Virus record (IMG/VR): IMGVR_UViG_3300044568_003163
Location: 230,035 to 294,034 of that record
Direction: 5' to 3' (one strand)
DNA: 64,000 bases
The notes beneath the pieces were generated by a model. It did no database searches, was not told where the DNA came from, and saw nothing but the letters and a program-made list of their open reading frames with translations. A program made the translations under genes and the position numbers. The stretch's first letter is position 1; every line of letters starts with the position of its first letter. Below, piece by piece: positions 27,004-36,506 of this stretch.

Positions 27004-28674
27004 TTATGTGATGTTTTCGATTATCAATTTAGAGAATCCACCTTCTTTGATTGCTTCTACTTTTTTATCAAAAAGTTCCATCGGTAATTCAGTGTGATTG
27101 ATTACCCATGTATTTAAGTTGTTTTCTTTTGATACTTCATTTAGGATTTTAACAATCTCGTAAACACCGGCAGAATCAACTGAAGAAAAAATCTCATCCA
27201 AGAAAAGAATATTTAATGAAGGATATCTAATCTTAAGAATTTTAAGTAAGGCAATAATGATAATAAAATCAGCTTTCTTTCTTTCACCAGTAGACATACT
27301 TCGAGGATTAATTTCTTCACCTAATGCATTTATTACACAATCAAATTTGTCGTTAAATTTAACCGAATACGGCAAGTGCATTTGTTTGCTCATATTAGAG
27401 ATGTTTTGATTTAATGAAGGTAGAATTGTTTTCATTGCTAAATTCTTAACACCATCTTCGCCAAGAACAGCTTCAACCGTTTCTAGGAAATTATCTTCCA
27501 TAGATTTAGCTGAGTGTGATTTTCTTTTGTCTTCTCTTTTCGTAACGTTTTCAACAACTAATTGTTGAAGATATTCTGAATCTAGCTCTTTACTTTCAGT
27601 TACCGCCTTTTCTACTTCTCGTTTATATTGATTAACGAGCATAGTTATTCTAGTCATACTCGCATCCATTTCTTTTACTTTCTCTTTTACCGAATCGATT
27701 TTAGTTTTACTTTCAGTAAGATCAGCTTTTAGGATATCAAATTCTGTTTTCTTAGTAGATTTACTTTCGGATAACAATTCTTGTGTATGGATATGATCGG
27801 CAGTATCAAAAGAAGATCCACAGGTAGGACATTGAGAGTTTTCATACAGGTTTATTTTTTCGTCAATCGATTTTAGCTCATATCCTAAAGCTCCAAATTC
27901 GGTTTTCTTTTCATCAAATACTTTCGATATGTTCTTTTCAGCTGCTTTTAATTTAGTAAGATTGTCTTCAATTTTCTTTTTAGATTCAATCAATTCAACG
28001 ATTTTATCTCTAAATTCTTGAGCTAATTTAGTTTTGTCTTCTTTCTTAGTTTCTTCTAGATTTTTTATTTTTTCGTTGATAGACTCGATTCCTTCTTCAA
28101 TAACACCTAATTCATCTTGTAGAGTTTTTACTTGTTCTCGGATTTCTTTACGTTCATTTCTTACAGAATCTTTCATTTGGTTAATTAAAGTGAAACCAAA
28201 AAGCCTATCTATAATGTTTCTCTTGTCCCCAGGAGACATCGTAAGGAACGATCTAAAATCGTTAATGGACAATACAATAATATTTTTAAAGACCTGATAT
28301 GGTATGTCAAACATTTCAAGTTCTAAATAATCTTGTACATTTGAATTACCTGCAGTTTCGTATGGTAGACCGTCGATAAGTACTTCAAATAAACCTGGAG
28401 AAACTCCTCTACTTATTTCTACTTTTTTATTTTTACAACGAAGAACTATTTTACACCAAAGGTTTTTGTTAATCCGATTCGGTAAATCGGATTTGTTTTT
28501 CTTTTCGATTCTACCGTAAAGAGCAAAAGTAATTACTTCAGCGATTGTTGATTTTCCATGGCCATTACCACCTAAAAGGAGATATAAATCTCCTCTAGTT
28601 TCGGCAAATTCAATATGTTGTAATTGATTACCGTATGAATTAAAATTCTTAAATGATATTGATTCGATTCTCAT
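27004..28674 (-). CDS. gp46: Recombination endonuclease ATPase subunit (gp46/Rad50/SbcC)
   Basis: Walker A GGNGHGKST, CPTC zinc hook, signature MSTGE and Walker B LFLDE. Confidence 0.95.
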   Translation of the reverse strand: MRIESISFKNFNSYGNQLQHIEFAETRGDLYLLLGGNGHGKSTIAEVITFALYGRIEKKNKSDLPNRINKNLWCKIVLRCKNKKVEISRGVSPGLFEVLIDGLPYETAGNSNVQDYLELEMFDIPYQVFKNIIVLSINDFRSFLTMSPGDKRNIIDRLFGFTLINQMKDSVRNERKEIREQVKTLQDELGVIEEGIESINEKIKNLEETKKEDKTKLAQEFRDKIVELIESKKKIEDNLTKLKAAEKNISKVFDEKKTEFGALGYELKSIDEKINLYENSQCPTCGSSFDTADHIHTQELLSESKSTKKTEFDILKADLTESKTKIDSVKEKVKEMDASMTRITMLVNQYKREVEKAVTESKELDSEYLQQLVVENVTKREDKRKSHSAKSMEDNFLETVEAVLGEDGVKNLAMKTILPSLNQNISNMSKQMHLPYSVKFNDKFDCVINALGEEINPRSMSTGERKKADFIIIIALLKILKIRYPSLNILFLDEIFSSVDSAGVYEIVKILNEVSKENNLNTWVINHTELPMELFDKKVEAIKEGGFSKLIIENIT

Positions 28675-29765
28675 TAGTCTCGTGTTTCTTTTATTACGTT
28701 TGTATATAGGGAATTGATTTTTGCCAAAACTCGCTCTTTTGTAGTATCATCTAACGTAGATATATTTTTCACATATCTTTCACATAAACCATAGATATTA
28801 TATGATTGTTCAACGTCATCGGATAAATCTAAGTCTGATGTCAAATCATCCTCGAATGGTATTACTTCTAGTTTTTTAGTTATCAAACTTAAAATATCAA
28901 TGATAGGATTTATTTGATATTTGATTAAGAAACTCGAAGGAACATACAAATCTACTCTATTGTTTCTACATATATCTTCTAATTCTTTAGTAGTTTTATC
29001 TAAGAATTTATTCAAATATACTCTAACGAACTTAGGAGAGTATTCATTTTCATAAAAAGTTTCTTCTGCCTTTTCGAAATCTAAGATATAAAATCCCTTT
29101 TTGTTTCCAGCATCAGAGCGAGTCATTTGATATGGATTACCTACCATTGTGACGTTTCTTCTGGATTGACCCCAATGAATATGTCCTGAATATACTCGTT
29201 TAAAGTCGTTCAATTCAGAAATATTTAAGCCTTCTTCGACATCTCGATTATTATCAAATTTTAAATTTCGAATATTTGTATGACAGAATAAATATTGCAA
29301 TTCATGAACATTATGAGATTTGATACACTCTCGTTCTTCTTCGTCATTAGTTCTCCATGGCATAAAAAGTGCTTTAACTTCACCAATTTCTGCAATTACA
29401 GGTTCTTTGATAATGTTGATTCGTGGAATGTATTTTAGAGAATCTAATGAAGAAACATCATTTGTTGTTTTTCTCATCACATCATGATTACCAGCAATAA
29501 CATACACACCATCAGCAAATATTCTTGAAAATTCTTCAAATAATCTAATGCCTTCATGAAGTACTAACAAGTTAACTGATTGTCGATTATCAAAAACATC
29601 ACCACAATGAATAAGAATATCTCCTGGTCGATATTCCTTTTCTACTCTAGGTAAAAAATCAGAATAGAACCAATCTCGCATTACTTCTAACCACTCAACC
29701 GAATTCGAACGAGCTCCTAAATGAGTATCGGATATAATAAATGCTCTTTTAGCTTTAATCTCCAT
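28674..29765 (-). CDS. gp47: Recombination endonuclease nuclease subunit (gp47/Mre11/SbcD)
   Basis: Metallophosphoesterase motifs ISDTHLG, GDVFD, GNHD and SGHIH. Confidence 0.95.
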   Translation of the reverse strand: MEIKAKRAFIISDTHLGARSNSVEWLEVMRDWFYSDFLPRVEKEYRPGDILIHCGDVFDNRQSVNLLVLHEGIRLFEEFSRIFADGVYVIAGNHDVMRKTTNDVSSLDSLKYIPRINIIKEPVIAEIGEVKALFMPWRTNDEEERECIKSHNVHELQYLFCHTNIRNLKFDNNRDVEEGLNISELNDFKRVYSGHIHWGQSRRNVTMVGNPYQMTRSDAGNKKGFYILDFEKAEETFYENEYSPKFVRVYLNKFLDKTTKELEDICRNNRVDLYVPSSFLIKYQINPIIDILSLITKKLEVIPFEDDLTSDLDLSDDVEQSYNIYGLCERYVKNISTLDDTTKERVLAKINSLYTNVIKETRD

Positions 29766-29768
29766 ATT

Positions 29769-30239
29769 CTAAAATAATGTGTTTCTATCTTTTAAATAAC
29801 CTCTACCTCTTAGTTCAGTTATTAATTCGGTTTTAAATGAATTTGATAATGAATCGTAAAATTTCTCAGAATTTATATCAAACATTGAAGATACAATCGA
29901 GAATATTTCAATTCGAGGTTCATTTGGTAATTTAGTAGTAACATAAAGATAAATTTCGTTTATGTCGCTTTTGTGCATTTTCCTGTAATTTCCTAATTCA
30001 TCAGGTATTTGAAACTTTGAAAACTTAGTTTCTTCTGATAAAACTTCTTCTACCTTTTCGAGAATCATTTTCTCGTCGATAGTGTATTCGTAAGTTTTAG
30101 GTTGATATGCTGGATCTACCGCAAAATTGATTTCTGAAGTATCAATCTCTATTTCATCGTATGAATTATCAAATATCTTGTCTTTTTTATGACCGTCATT
30201 TTCAAATTCATCCGGAATTACTTCTTCTGGATTTATCAT
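29769..30239 (-). CDS. Hypothetical acidic protein
   Basis: 156 aa, tightly packed between helicase and gp47. Confidence 0.65.
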   Translation of the reverse strand: MINPEEVIPDEFENDGHKKDKIFDNSYDEIEIDTSEINFAVDPAYQPKTYEYTIDEKMILEKVEEVLSEETKFSKFQIPDELGNYRKMHKSDINEIYLYVTTKLPNEPRIEIFSIVSSMFDINSEKFYDSLSNSFKTELITELRGRGYLKDRNTLF

Positions 30240-30240
30240 A

Positions 30241-31539
30241 TTAAATTGATGTGTTTATGATGTCAGTAGTTTCTAGAAGTCTCATATATGAGTAATCTAT
30301 ATTGTACCTGCATCGACTGTTTTTACCTGATCCATTTCTCACTTTCAATAGCTTCAACCAATACTCATTACTAATGTGCATTGACGAATCTTGAATGATA
30401 CCATAAATGATATCGGCAGTATGAGAAAGGCCTGCTGATTCTGCAATATTTCCTAGAGAGATTTCAGTTGAATCGTAACCACCTCTATTGATTTGCGTTG
30501 CTGATATAACTATCCAATCATTTCTTACAGCCATTGCTCTTAAATCTTCAGCAATTTGTTTGATTTTCATGTAGGTATTTTCAGTATTTGGATTTCTGTA
30601 ATTTGCAAGAATATTGATGTAGTCAATAATAATTGCTTTTAATTTTATTCCATTGACTGTTTCTAATTCTTTTAAGTATGTTTCTATATCCGGCACTGTT
30701 GCTTGTGAAGTTGGATATTCTTTAACGAAAAGATTTCCAGGTGGAATTACACCATTCGTTAAATTTGATAATCGACCTTTAATGAAGTTAGGTTGTTTTG
30801 ATAGCTTTTCGTATTCGGAAACTTTAACACTCAGTAAATTTGAACCAATACGGTGAATAAAATCAATATCTGCCATTTCGGCAGTAATTACTGCAACATC
30901 ATAACCTGCTTTAACATAATTTACTGCATCATTAGCTAACCATATAGATTTACCGATGTTTTGTTCACCTGCATAAATTACAAGGGATTTTGTACGATAA
31001 CCACCGGTGTATTGGTCAATCCAATTATGACATGTAGTAATTTTCGAATTTGCTTCGGGTATGTGAGAAGCGGCTTCAAAGAAATTCTTACCTAAGTCTT
31101 GATTAAATGTGATGTTGTTTCTCTCATTAATCAGAGTTTTAACCTTTTGAATTATTTCCTTAACATTGTTTGGATTAACTTTAACTGTTTTTACATATTC
31201 TAAAGTATCAATCAATGATTTATCTAAAGACTTCCATAAAATCCAAGATTGACAAGTTTCTTCAACCCATTCTTGATCGTATGAAGCTATAGGTTCATCA
31301 AATATTAAATTGATAATAGATTCAGTAACGTTGTCTTTAAATTTATCTTGTTTTGCTACAATTTGCAATTGTTCTTGCGAAGGAACTTGATTAAATCTAT
31401 CATAAAATTGTTTAGTGATTGTATGTAATGTACCTATTTGGTCATTTTCATAAAATGCTTCACTAATGTTTCTTAGATATTTAGGGTTCTGTAGTGTGTA
31501 AAGATAAAAGACCTTTTCGAATTCGGTTGCACCAATCAT
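30241..31539 (-). CDS. gp41: Replicative DnaB-like helicase (gp41)
   Basis: AGEQNIGKS, IIIDYI, SATQINR and AESAGL. Confidence 0.93.
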   Translation of the reverse strand: MIGATEFEKVFYLYTLQNPKYLRNISEAFYENDQIGTLHTITKQFYDRFNQVPSQEQLQIVAKQDKFKDNVTESIINLIFDEPIASYDQEWVEETCQSWILWKSLDKSLIDTLEYVKTVKVNPNNVKEIIQKVKTLINERNNITFNQDLGKNFFEAASHIPEANSKITTCHNWIDQYTGGYRTKSLVIYAGEQNIGKSIWLANDAVNYVKAGYDVAVITAEMADIDFIHRIGSNLLSVKVSEYEKLSKQPNFIKGRLSNLTNGVIPPGNLFVKEYPTSQATVPDIETYLKELETVNGIKLKAIIIDYINILANYRNPNTENTYMKIKQIAEDLRAMAVRNDWIVISATQINRGGYDSTEISLGNIAESAGLSHTADIIYGIIQDSSMHISNEYWLKLLKVRNGSGKNSRCRYNIDYSYMRLLETTDIINTSI

Positions 31540-31557
31540 AGTTTTTATATAATATGC

Positions 31558-31893
31558 CTAAATAGGCATTTTGGTTTTAAGTATTTCATAATATGAAGTA
31601 AAACGAGTTTCTTTCAAAACTTGAATTACACCTTCAGTGATTAAAGTTTCTATAAGTTTTTTAGATAGAGCTTCATCACCATTAAGTTTTTCTGTAAGAA
31701 TTGAACCAGTGAAAACTGGATTTGTAGTTTGAGTTTCATCGATTCTACGATATTCCATAAAATCCTTACCACCTTCATTGAAATACCAATTAAGTATTAG
31801 GTATTCGAAATCTTCTTGAGATGGGTATTGAGGGTCATCGCGAAATGACCCCATCAAATACTTTATTTTTATCGAATCTTTATTCATCGTCAC
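31558..31893 (-). CDS. Hypothetical protein
   Basis: 111 aa between uvsX and helicase. Confidence 0.6.
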   Translation of the reverse strand: MTMNKDSIKIKYLMGSFRDDPQYPSQEDFEYLILNWYFNEGGKDFMEYRRIDETQTTNPVFTGSILTEKLNGDEALSKKLIETLITEGVIQVLKETRFTSYYEILKTKMPI

Positions 31894-33064
31894 TTCCTAT
31901 AAGGAATTCTTCGAATTCTTCAATTTCATTAGCATCAATACCATAACTAAATTTAGGTTTGATTTTCTTTTCGTTGATTTCAGTAAGAACTTCTGTCGTA
32001 AATACGGTTTCAGTAAATAATTCGTAAGGACTTACACCTTTACCTAAGTGCTTAACAATAAAATTACGAGCAGTATCTCTAGCTACGAAATAATGAGTTA
32101 CACCTTCGATTTCGAAAGGTTTAGCGGATGGACGATCCTTTTCGGTAAGTTTATCATAATCTTTTTGAGTGATGATGTTACCTTTTTGAATTCCGCAAGT
32201 TTCCCATGAGATGTACTCTTCCATTCCAATGAATCGATTCATACCTTTATCCCAACGAATATGGAATTTGATTGGAATTGGTTTACCGAAACGATTCTTA
32301 AGAGTCTTAACCGATACGATGATTCCTGTCTGTACAGTACCTTCTTTGATTTGCGCTTTAGAAAGAGCTAAAATTACTGAAGCTGAATAAACTAATCCAC
32401 CACCTCCTGAAAGGTTAATCGTTGGAAACATACCAGTAGATGCATATGTGTGGTTTGTGAATAAGAAAGGTATTCCAAGACCAGTTAAATCCGATGTAAT
32501 GATACGGAATAATGAACGAACCATTTTAGCACGAGTCATATCCGCTGCACTATTTCCTGATTGTGCATCGTCAATTTCTTTTGTAGTTGCAAGCATACCT
32601 AATGAATCTAGGCAAATTGCGATTTTAGGAGTTTTGTGACCTTTCTCTTTAGCTTCCATCATCTTCTTACATAAAGTTGTAATTGATGTACGGAATCTAG
32701 CTAAATCAGACATTGGTTGATGATCGAATCTTTCTGGATCTACACCAAAATTCTTAATATTATCGATATCTACTGCACCTTCAGTATCGTAATAAATCAC
32801 GTAATAACCTTTCATTTGCATTTCTCTTACCATGTTAAGCATCAAGAAGGTTTTACCTGTTCCTGATTCACCTGCTAAACAGATAGTTCGATTGTTTGGG
32901 ATTCCACCGAAAAGATCGCCTGAAAATACCGCATTTAAGTGATAGTTTCCTGTGTCGATCCATTCATAAATTTTTGAGAAGTCATTTTTACTGATGACAT
33001 CTCCAAATGGATTAATTTTCTTTAATTCCTTTTGTAGTTCTAAGATTGAATACTCTTTACTCAT
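31880..33064 (-). CDS. uvsX: RecA-like recombinase (UvsX)
   Basis: Walker A AGESGTGKT, YDTEGA, LDSLGML, TNHTY and SGGGG. Confidence 0.93.
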   Translation of the reverse strand: MSKEYSILELQKELKKINPFGDVISKNDFSKIYEWIDTGNYHLNAVFSGDLFGGIPNNRTICLAGESGTGKTFLMLNMVREMQMKGYYVIYYDTEGAVDIDNIKNFGVDPERFDHQPMSDLARFRTSITTLCKKMMEAKEKGHKTPKIAICLDSLGMLATTKEIDDAQSGNSAADMTRAKMVRSLFRIITSDLTGLGIPFLFTNHTYASTGMFPTINLSGGGGLVYSASVILALSKAQIKEGTVQTGIIVSVKTLKNRFGKPIPIKFHIRWDKGMNRFIGMEEYISWETCGIQKGNIITQKDYDKLTEKDRPSAKPFEIEGVTHYFVARDTARNFIVKHLGKGVSPYELFTETVFTTEVLTEINEKKIKPKFSYGIDANEIEEFEEFLIGSDDE

Positions 33065-33092
33065 GTTTTTACTTACTTTTTATTTTAGTTTT

Positions 33093-34286
33093 CTAGAATA
33101 ATCCACCAATCGTATATGCTAATGAAGGATGCAAAGGAGGCAATCCAGCAGGAACAATGATTCGATTAAGAGGATCTAGAATAGTTTTTTGGAATTGATG
33201 TTCGAGGTCCATCTTAGGTGCAAATTCAATAGGATAATTTCCAGAAGTATAGGCAAATACATCGCAGAATTGATCTGATGAATGATACCATTTTACTTTG
33301 TCACCAGCTTGTATTAGTTGATATTTACCTTTTAATTTAGCATCCTGATTAAGCAAATAGTTATGATAACCGCCTGCTCTGACGTGAATTGGACAACCTG
33401 ATTTCATTTCAAAGGACGTTTGGTCGTTGATAATGAATTTATTGTAATCAGAGATTCCTCGAGACATTGATATTTTTTCAATGTTTGAAAGTTTAAACTC
33501 TTTCTTAATTTCTTTGATAATTTTTACTAATTCAGCATTATCTTTTGGTGTGATTTTTTTCTTTGTGAAAATAAATCTTACGGCATCGGTGAGTTTTTGT
33601 CTACAAAATACCGGAGTTGATGATTGAATAATCTCTAGACCAGTAGTTTTCACATAGGATAGATTATCATAATCTTTACCATCTTTCCAGATGATGTTTT
33701 GGATGTATTTCTTTTTAGCAACCCATATTGCATTTTCTGCAATTGTTTCTAGTTCGAAATCTAAGTAATTTTCAGTATTACGTTGTTTTGCATAATCGTC
33801 TAATACCTTTTTGATATATGCAGCAAGTCGATTTGCGTTAATATTTAATACGAAATCCTTAACTGTACCTTGCCAATCGACGGAATCCATAACTTCTTCG
33901 AAAATAAGATAACCGGAATCGGTATCGGTGTATTTCCATACCTGACCTTTGATTGGTTTTACTTGAACGCCTTCGGGAACACCTAACTTTTCTAATAAAG
34001 CTCGGTCTTTATGAAAGAATTCTTTAAAGTACTTGTCAACCATTACTTCAGTAAAACGAATAGCATCTTGTCCTTGTAATGTTACAGTTTCAGCAATTGC
34101 AATATTATAGAAATGAAAGTACTCGTTAGCGAATGCACCATAAATTGAATTAATGATTAGCTTTATTGCCTGTTCAGAAGATGCACATCGTAAGGATTCA
34201 TTTTTAAATTCATTTAGTTCTTCAGGACTTAAAGTCGAGAAATCTAAATTTTGTATATCTTCTAAGGTAAGTTTTTCTATATTCAT
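33093..34286 (-). CDS. gp43: Family B DNA polymerase, C-terminal subunit (gp43B-like)
   Basis: Motif B KLIINSIYG, motif C YTDTDS and KKKY; lacks exonuclease and motif A. Confidence 0.93.
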   Translation of the reverse strand: MNIEKLTLEDIQNLDFSTLSPEELNEFKNESLRCASSEQAIKLIINSIYGAFANEYFHFYNIAIAETVTLQGQDAIRFTEVMVDKYFKEFFHKDRALLEKLGVPEGVQVKPIKGQVWKYTDTDSGYLIFEEVMDSVDWQGTVKDFVLNINANRLAAYIKKVLDDYAKQRNTENYLDFELETIAENAIWVAKKKYIQNIIWKDGKDYDNLSYVKTTGLEIIQSSTPVFCRQKLTDAVRFIFTKKKITPKDNAELVKIIKEIKKEFKLSNIEKISMSRGISDYNKFIINDQTSFEMKSGCPIHVRAGGYHNYLLNQDAKLKGKYQLIQAGDKVKWYHSSDQFCDVFAYTSGNYPIEFAPKMDLEHQFQKTILDPLNRIIVPAGLPPLHPSLAYTIGGLF

Positions 34287-34304
34287 ATTTAAGTTATATG
34301 CAAT

Positions 34305-35003
34305 TTATTGTCTTTGGAATTTCCAAATAGATGCAAGATGTTTATTGAAGACTCTTATTACACGCTCTTCACCGTGACCAAATAATTTAGTAAATCTATC
34401 TCCAATTCGCATATTCCATTCAATGCCATATTCTTTGTCTCGGTCTAAGTGCAATTCAACATAAAATATTCTAACGCCATCAAATACTGAATCTTCGACG
34501 TTATTAAGAATATCAATTTCAGCACCTTCAATATCCATTTTGATGATAGTAGGTTTTATTCTTTTAACTTCTTCGGTAAAAGAAATAGTAGGAACAGTTA
34601 CTTCAATTTGAGTTTTTACTCTTCGTTTATACATTGAAGCAGTAACATGGCAACATTTAGCCGCATCGTTCAAGTACATTGTCAATGTTCCGTTATTCGT
34701 AGATATAGCAGAATTAGAAATTTCACAATTAGCATAACCGTTTACTTCTACATTCATCTTTAAAATATCAAATGTATCTGGTATTGGTTCATAGCTATAA
34801 ATTTTACCTACCTTATTTGCAAATCTTAATGGTATATCACCCATATTAGCACCAACATCCATCATTACATCTTCCTGAGTTAAATTAGGAAGTTTGTATT
34901 GATTTTCTAAGTAAGCATATAAGTCAGATGAGTTTTCTCGATAATAAATTCGAGTACCATCTTTTACCTCTTTTAGCATTAAGTTTCTTTCGTACTTACT
35001 CAT
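34305..35003 (-). CDS. FkbM-family SAM-dependent methyltransferase
   Basis: MDVGANMG, YSYEPIP and IKMDIEGAE. Confidence 0.88.
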   Translation of the reverse strand: MSKYERNLMLKEVKDGTRIYYRENSSDLYAYLENQYKLPNLTQEDVMMDVGANMGDIPLRFANKVGKIYSYEPIPDTFDILKMNVEVNGYANCEISNSAISTNNGTLTMYLNDAAKCCHVTASMYKRRVKTQIEVTVPTISFTEEVKRIKPTIIKMDIEGAEIDILNNVEDSVFDGVRIFYVELHLDRDKEYGIEWNMRIGDRFTKLFGHGEERVIRVFNKHLASIWKFQRQ

Positions 35004-35007
35004 GGCA

Positions 35008-35754
35008 TTAATCTAATATAGCTAAATTTAAAGCAATTTTAGAATTTGATTCAGTAGAAATAAGCAAGATTTTGTTTTCACATACAACTGCATCGTATGT
35101 TTCTTTGTCGACTCTTGCTAAGAAAGATTTGAAAATTGCTGAAGGTGCATTTACGGTTTTGACATGGTCGTCGATAATGATATCGAAAGATTCTGATTTT
35201 ACATGAACACCTTGTTCATCTGAATAAATTGTAAACAATTCGCTTTTATCTAAGGTTTGTAGTGATAAAAGTTTATTGAAATCTTCGGATGCAAGTTTGA
35301 ATTTGAATTTTTCTGAAGATGTATCAAAGGCTCTTTTGATTTGGTCTTCGGACATTGCAGTGAAACCTAAAGAAATATCTTGACAATATACTTCAATTTT
35401 AAGTTGGTTATCTCTAAAGATAATTTTTTCGGCATATACAATACCATCATCTTCATCTTTAAATGCGCTAATTTCGGCAGTTAAATTATGTGGATCGAAA
35501 TATCCAAGACAATTTAATAATTTTTGGCCAGAGTGAAACGACAATTTAATCGTTTCGGTTAGCGGTGTATCGAAGGTAAATACATCTTTTGCTGGTAGGT
35601 GAATTGATTTTACAACATCTTTAGTTGGTGTAAATACACTTGACCATACATGGTCTGGATCTACGTTTAAGTAAATCGACGTATCCATCAATAACATCTT
35701 CTTACATAGAGACATTAAATTAGGAACAGATACTTTAGTAATTTTTATTTTCAT
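35008..35754 (-). CDS. gp45: Probable sliding clamp (gp45-like)
   Basis: 248 aa, clamp-like alternating beta/alpha pattern, replication-cluster context; no diagnostic motif. Confidence 0.55.
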   Translation of the reverse strand: MKIKITKVSVPNLMSLCKKMLLMDTSIYLNVDPDHVWSSVFTPTKDVVKSIHLPAKDVFTFDTPLTETIKLSFHSGQKLLNCLGYFDPHNLTAEISAFKDEDDGIVYAEKIIFRDNQLKIEVYCQDISLGFTAMSEDQIKRAFDTSSEKFKFKLASEDFNKLLSLQTLDKSELFTIYSDEQGVHVKSESFDIIIDDHVKTVNAPSAIFKSFLARVDKETYDAVVCENKILLISTESNSKIALNLAILD

Positions 35755-35803
35755 TCTTTAAATGTTAAGGTTATTTGTTATATGCCATTTTTAGATATTT
35801 GGT

Positions 35804-36049
35804 TTATTCTTCGTAATGCGCAAGAGATTTCATAAAACTTCCAGGAGCAAGTTGAGCAAATTTCATATACGAATCCCAATGCCCTTGAATTTGAAATGTG
35901 TAATAACCGTTAGGGTCATCAAATTCATTTAGAATTTCTACTTTGAATTTCCAATCACAATGAGCATCGTCGTTTAGATAATCAACATACTCTTCGAATT
36001 TTTCTCGATCTTCAGGCAGAATGCCTACGTAATACTCTACTTTTGCCAT
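35804..36049 (-). CDS. Hypothetical protein
   Basis: Likely start MAKVEYY (36049), just after the upstream stop at 36051-36053. Confidence 0.6.
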   Translation of the reverse strand: MAKVEYYVGILPEDREKFEEYVDYLNDDAHCDWKFKVEILNEFDDPNGYYTFQIQGHWDSYMKFAQLAPGSFMKSLAHYEE

Positions 36050-36050
36050 A

Positions 36051-36416
36051 TTATTTAGTTTCTTCGTTTTCTTCATAATCATCATACCAAGCGAAATTAT
36101 CTTCTTCTTGATCGTAATCGTATTCAACACAAGGCCAAGGTCTGCCTTTCTCGTCAAGTTTTACCCAAACTTTATCTTCGAGTGTAATAGGACCTAAATA
36201 TGCATCTCCTTCTTGTACAACCCATTTCCAATCTACTCCTTCAATTCCTTCTGGATTTTCACCATATTCACCTTTTACATATTCCCAATTACATGAACAC
36301 CCCATACTATCTACTGAAGATATGCAATCATCACATAAAAACGGATTAGCACCGCTCGAATATCCAGGTGCATAACACCATTTAGCTGGTTTGCCGCAAT
36401 CACAATGTTTTGCCAT
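36051..36416 (-). CDS. Cys-rich hypothetical protein
   Basis: CDC, C, CDDC, CSC and C; acidic tail. Confidence 0.65.
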   Translation of the reverse strand: MAKHCDCGKPAKWCYAPGYSSGANPFLCDDCISSVDSMGCSCNWEYVKGEYGENPEGIEGVDWKWVVQEGDAYLGPITLEDKVWVKLDEKGRPWPCVEYDYDQEEDNFAWYDDYEENEETK

Positions 36417-36448
36417 ACTATTTTATTTTTAAGTTATATGAAGACAAC

Positions 36449-36481
36449 AAAAGCGAAAATCAACTAAATGACTTTCGCTTT
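36449..36481 (-). terminator. Putative terminator after nrdA
   Basis: Stem AAAGCGAAA/TTTCGCTTT with an internal TCA/TGA pair and a T-rich 3' end. Confidence 0.6.
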
Positions 36482-36506
36482 AAATTTGTTAACAATTTTA
36501 ATTTTA

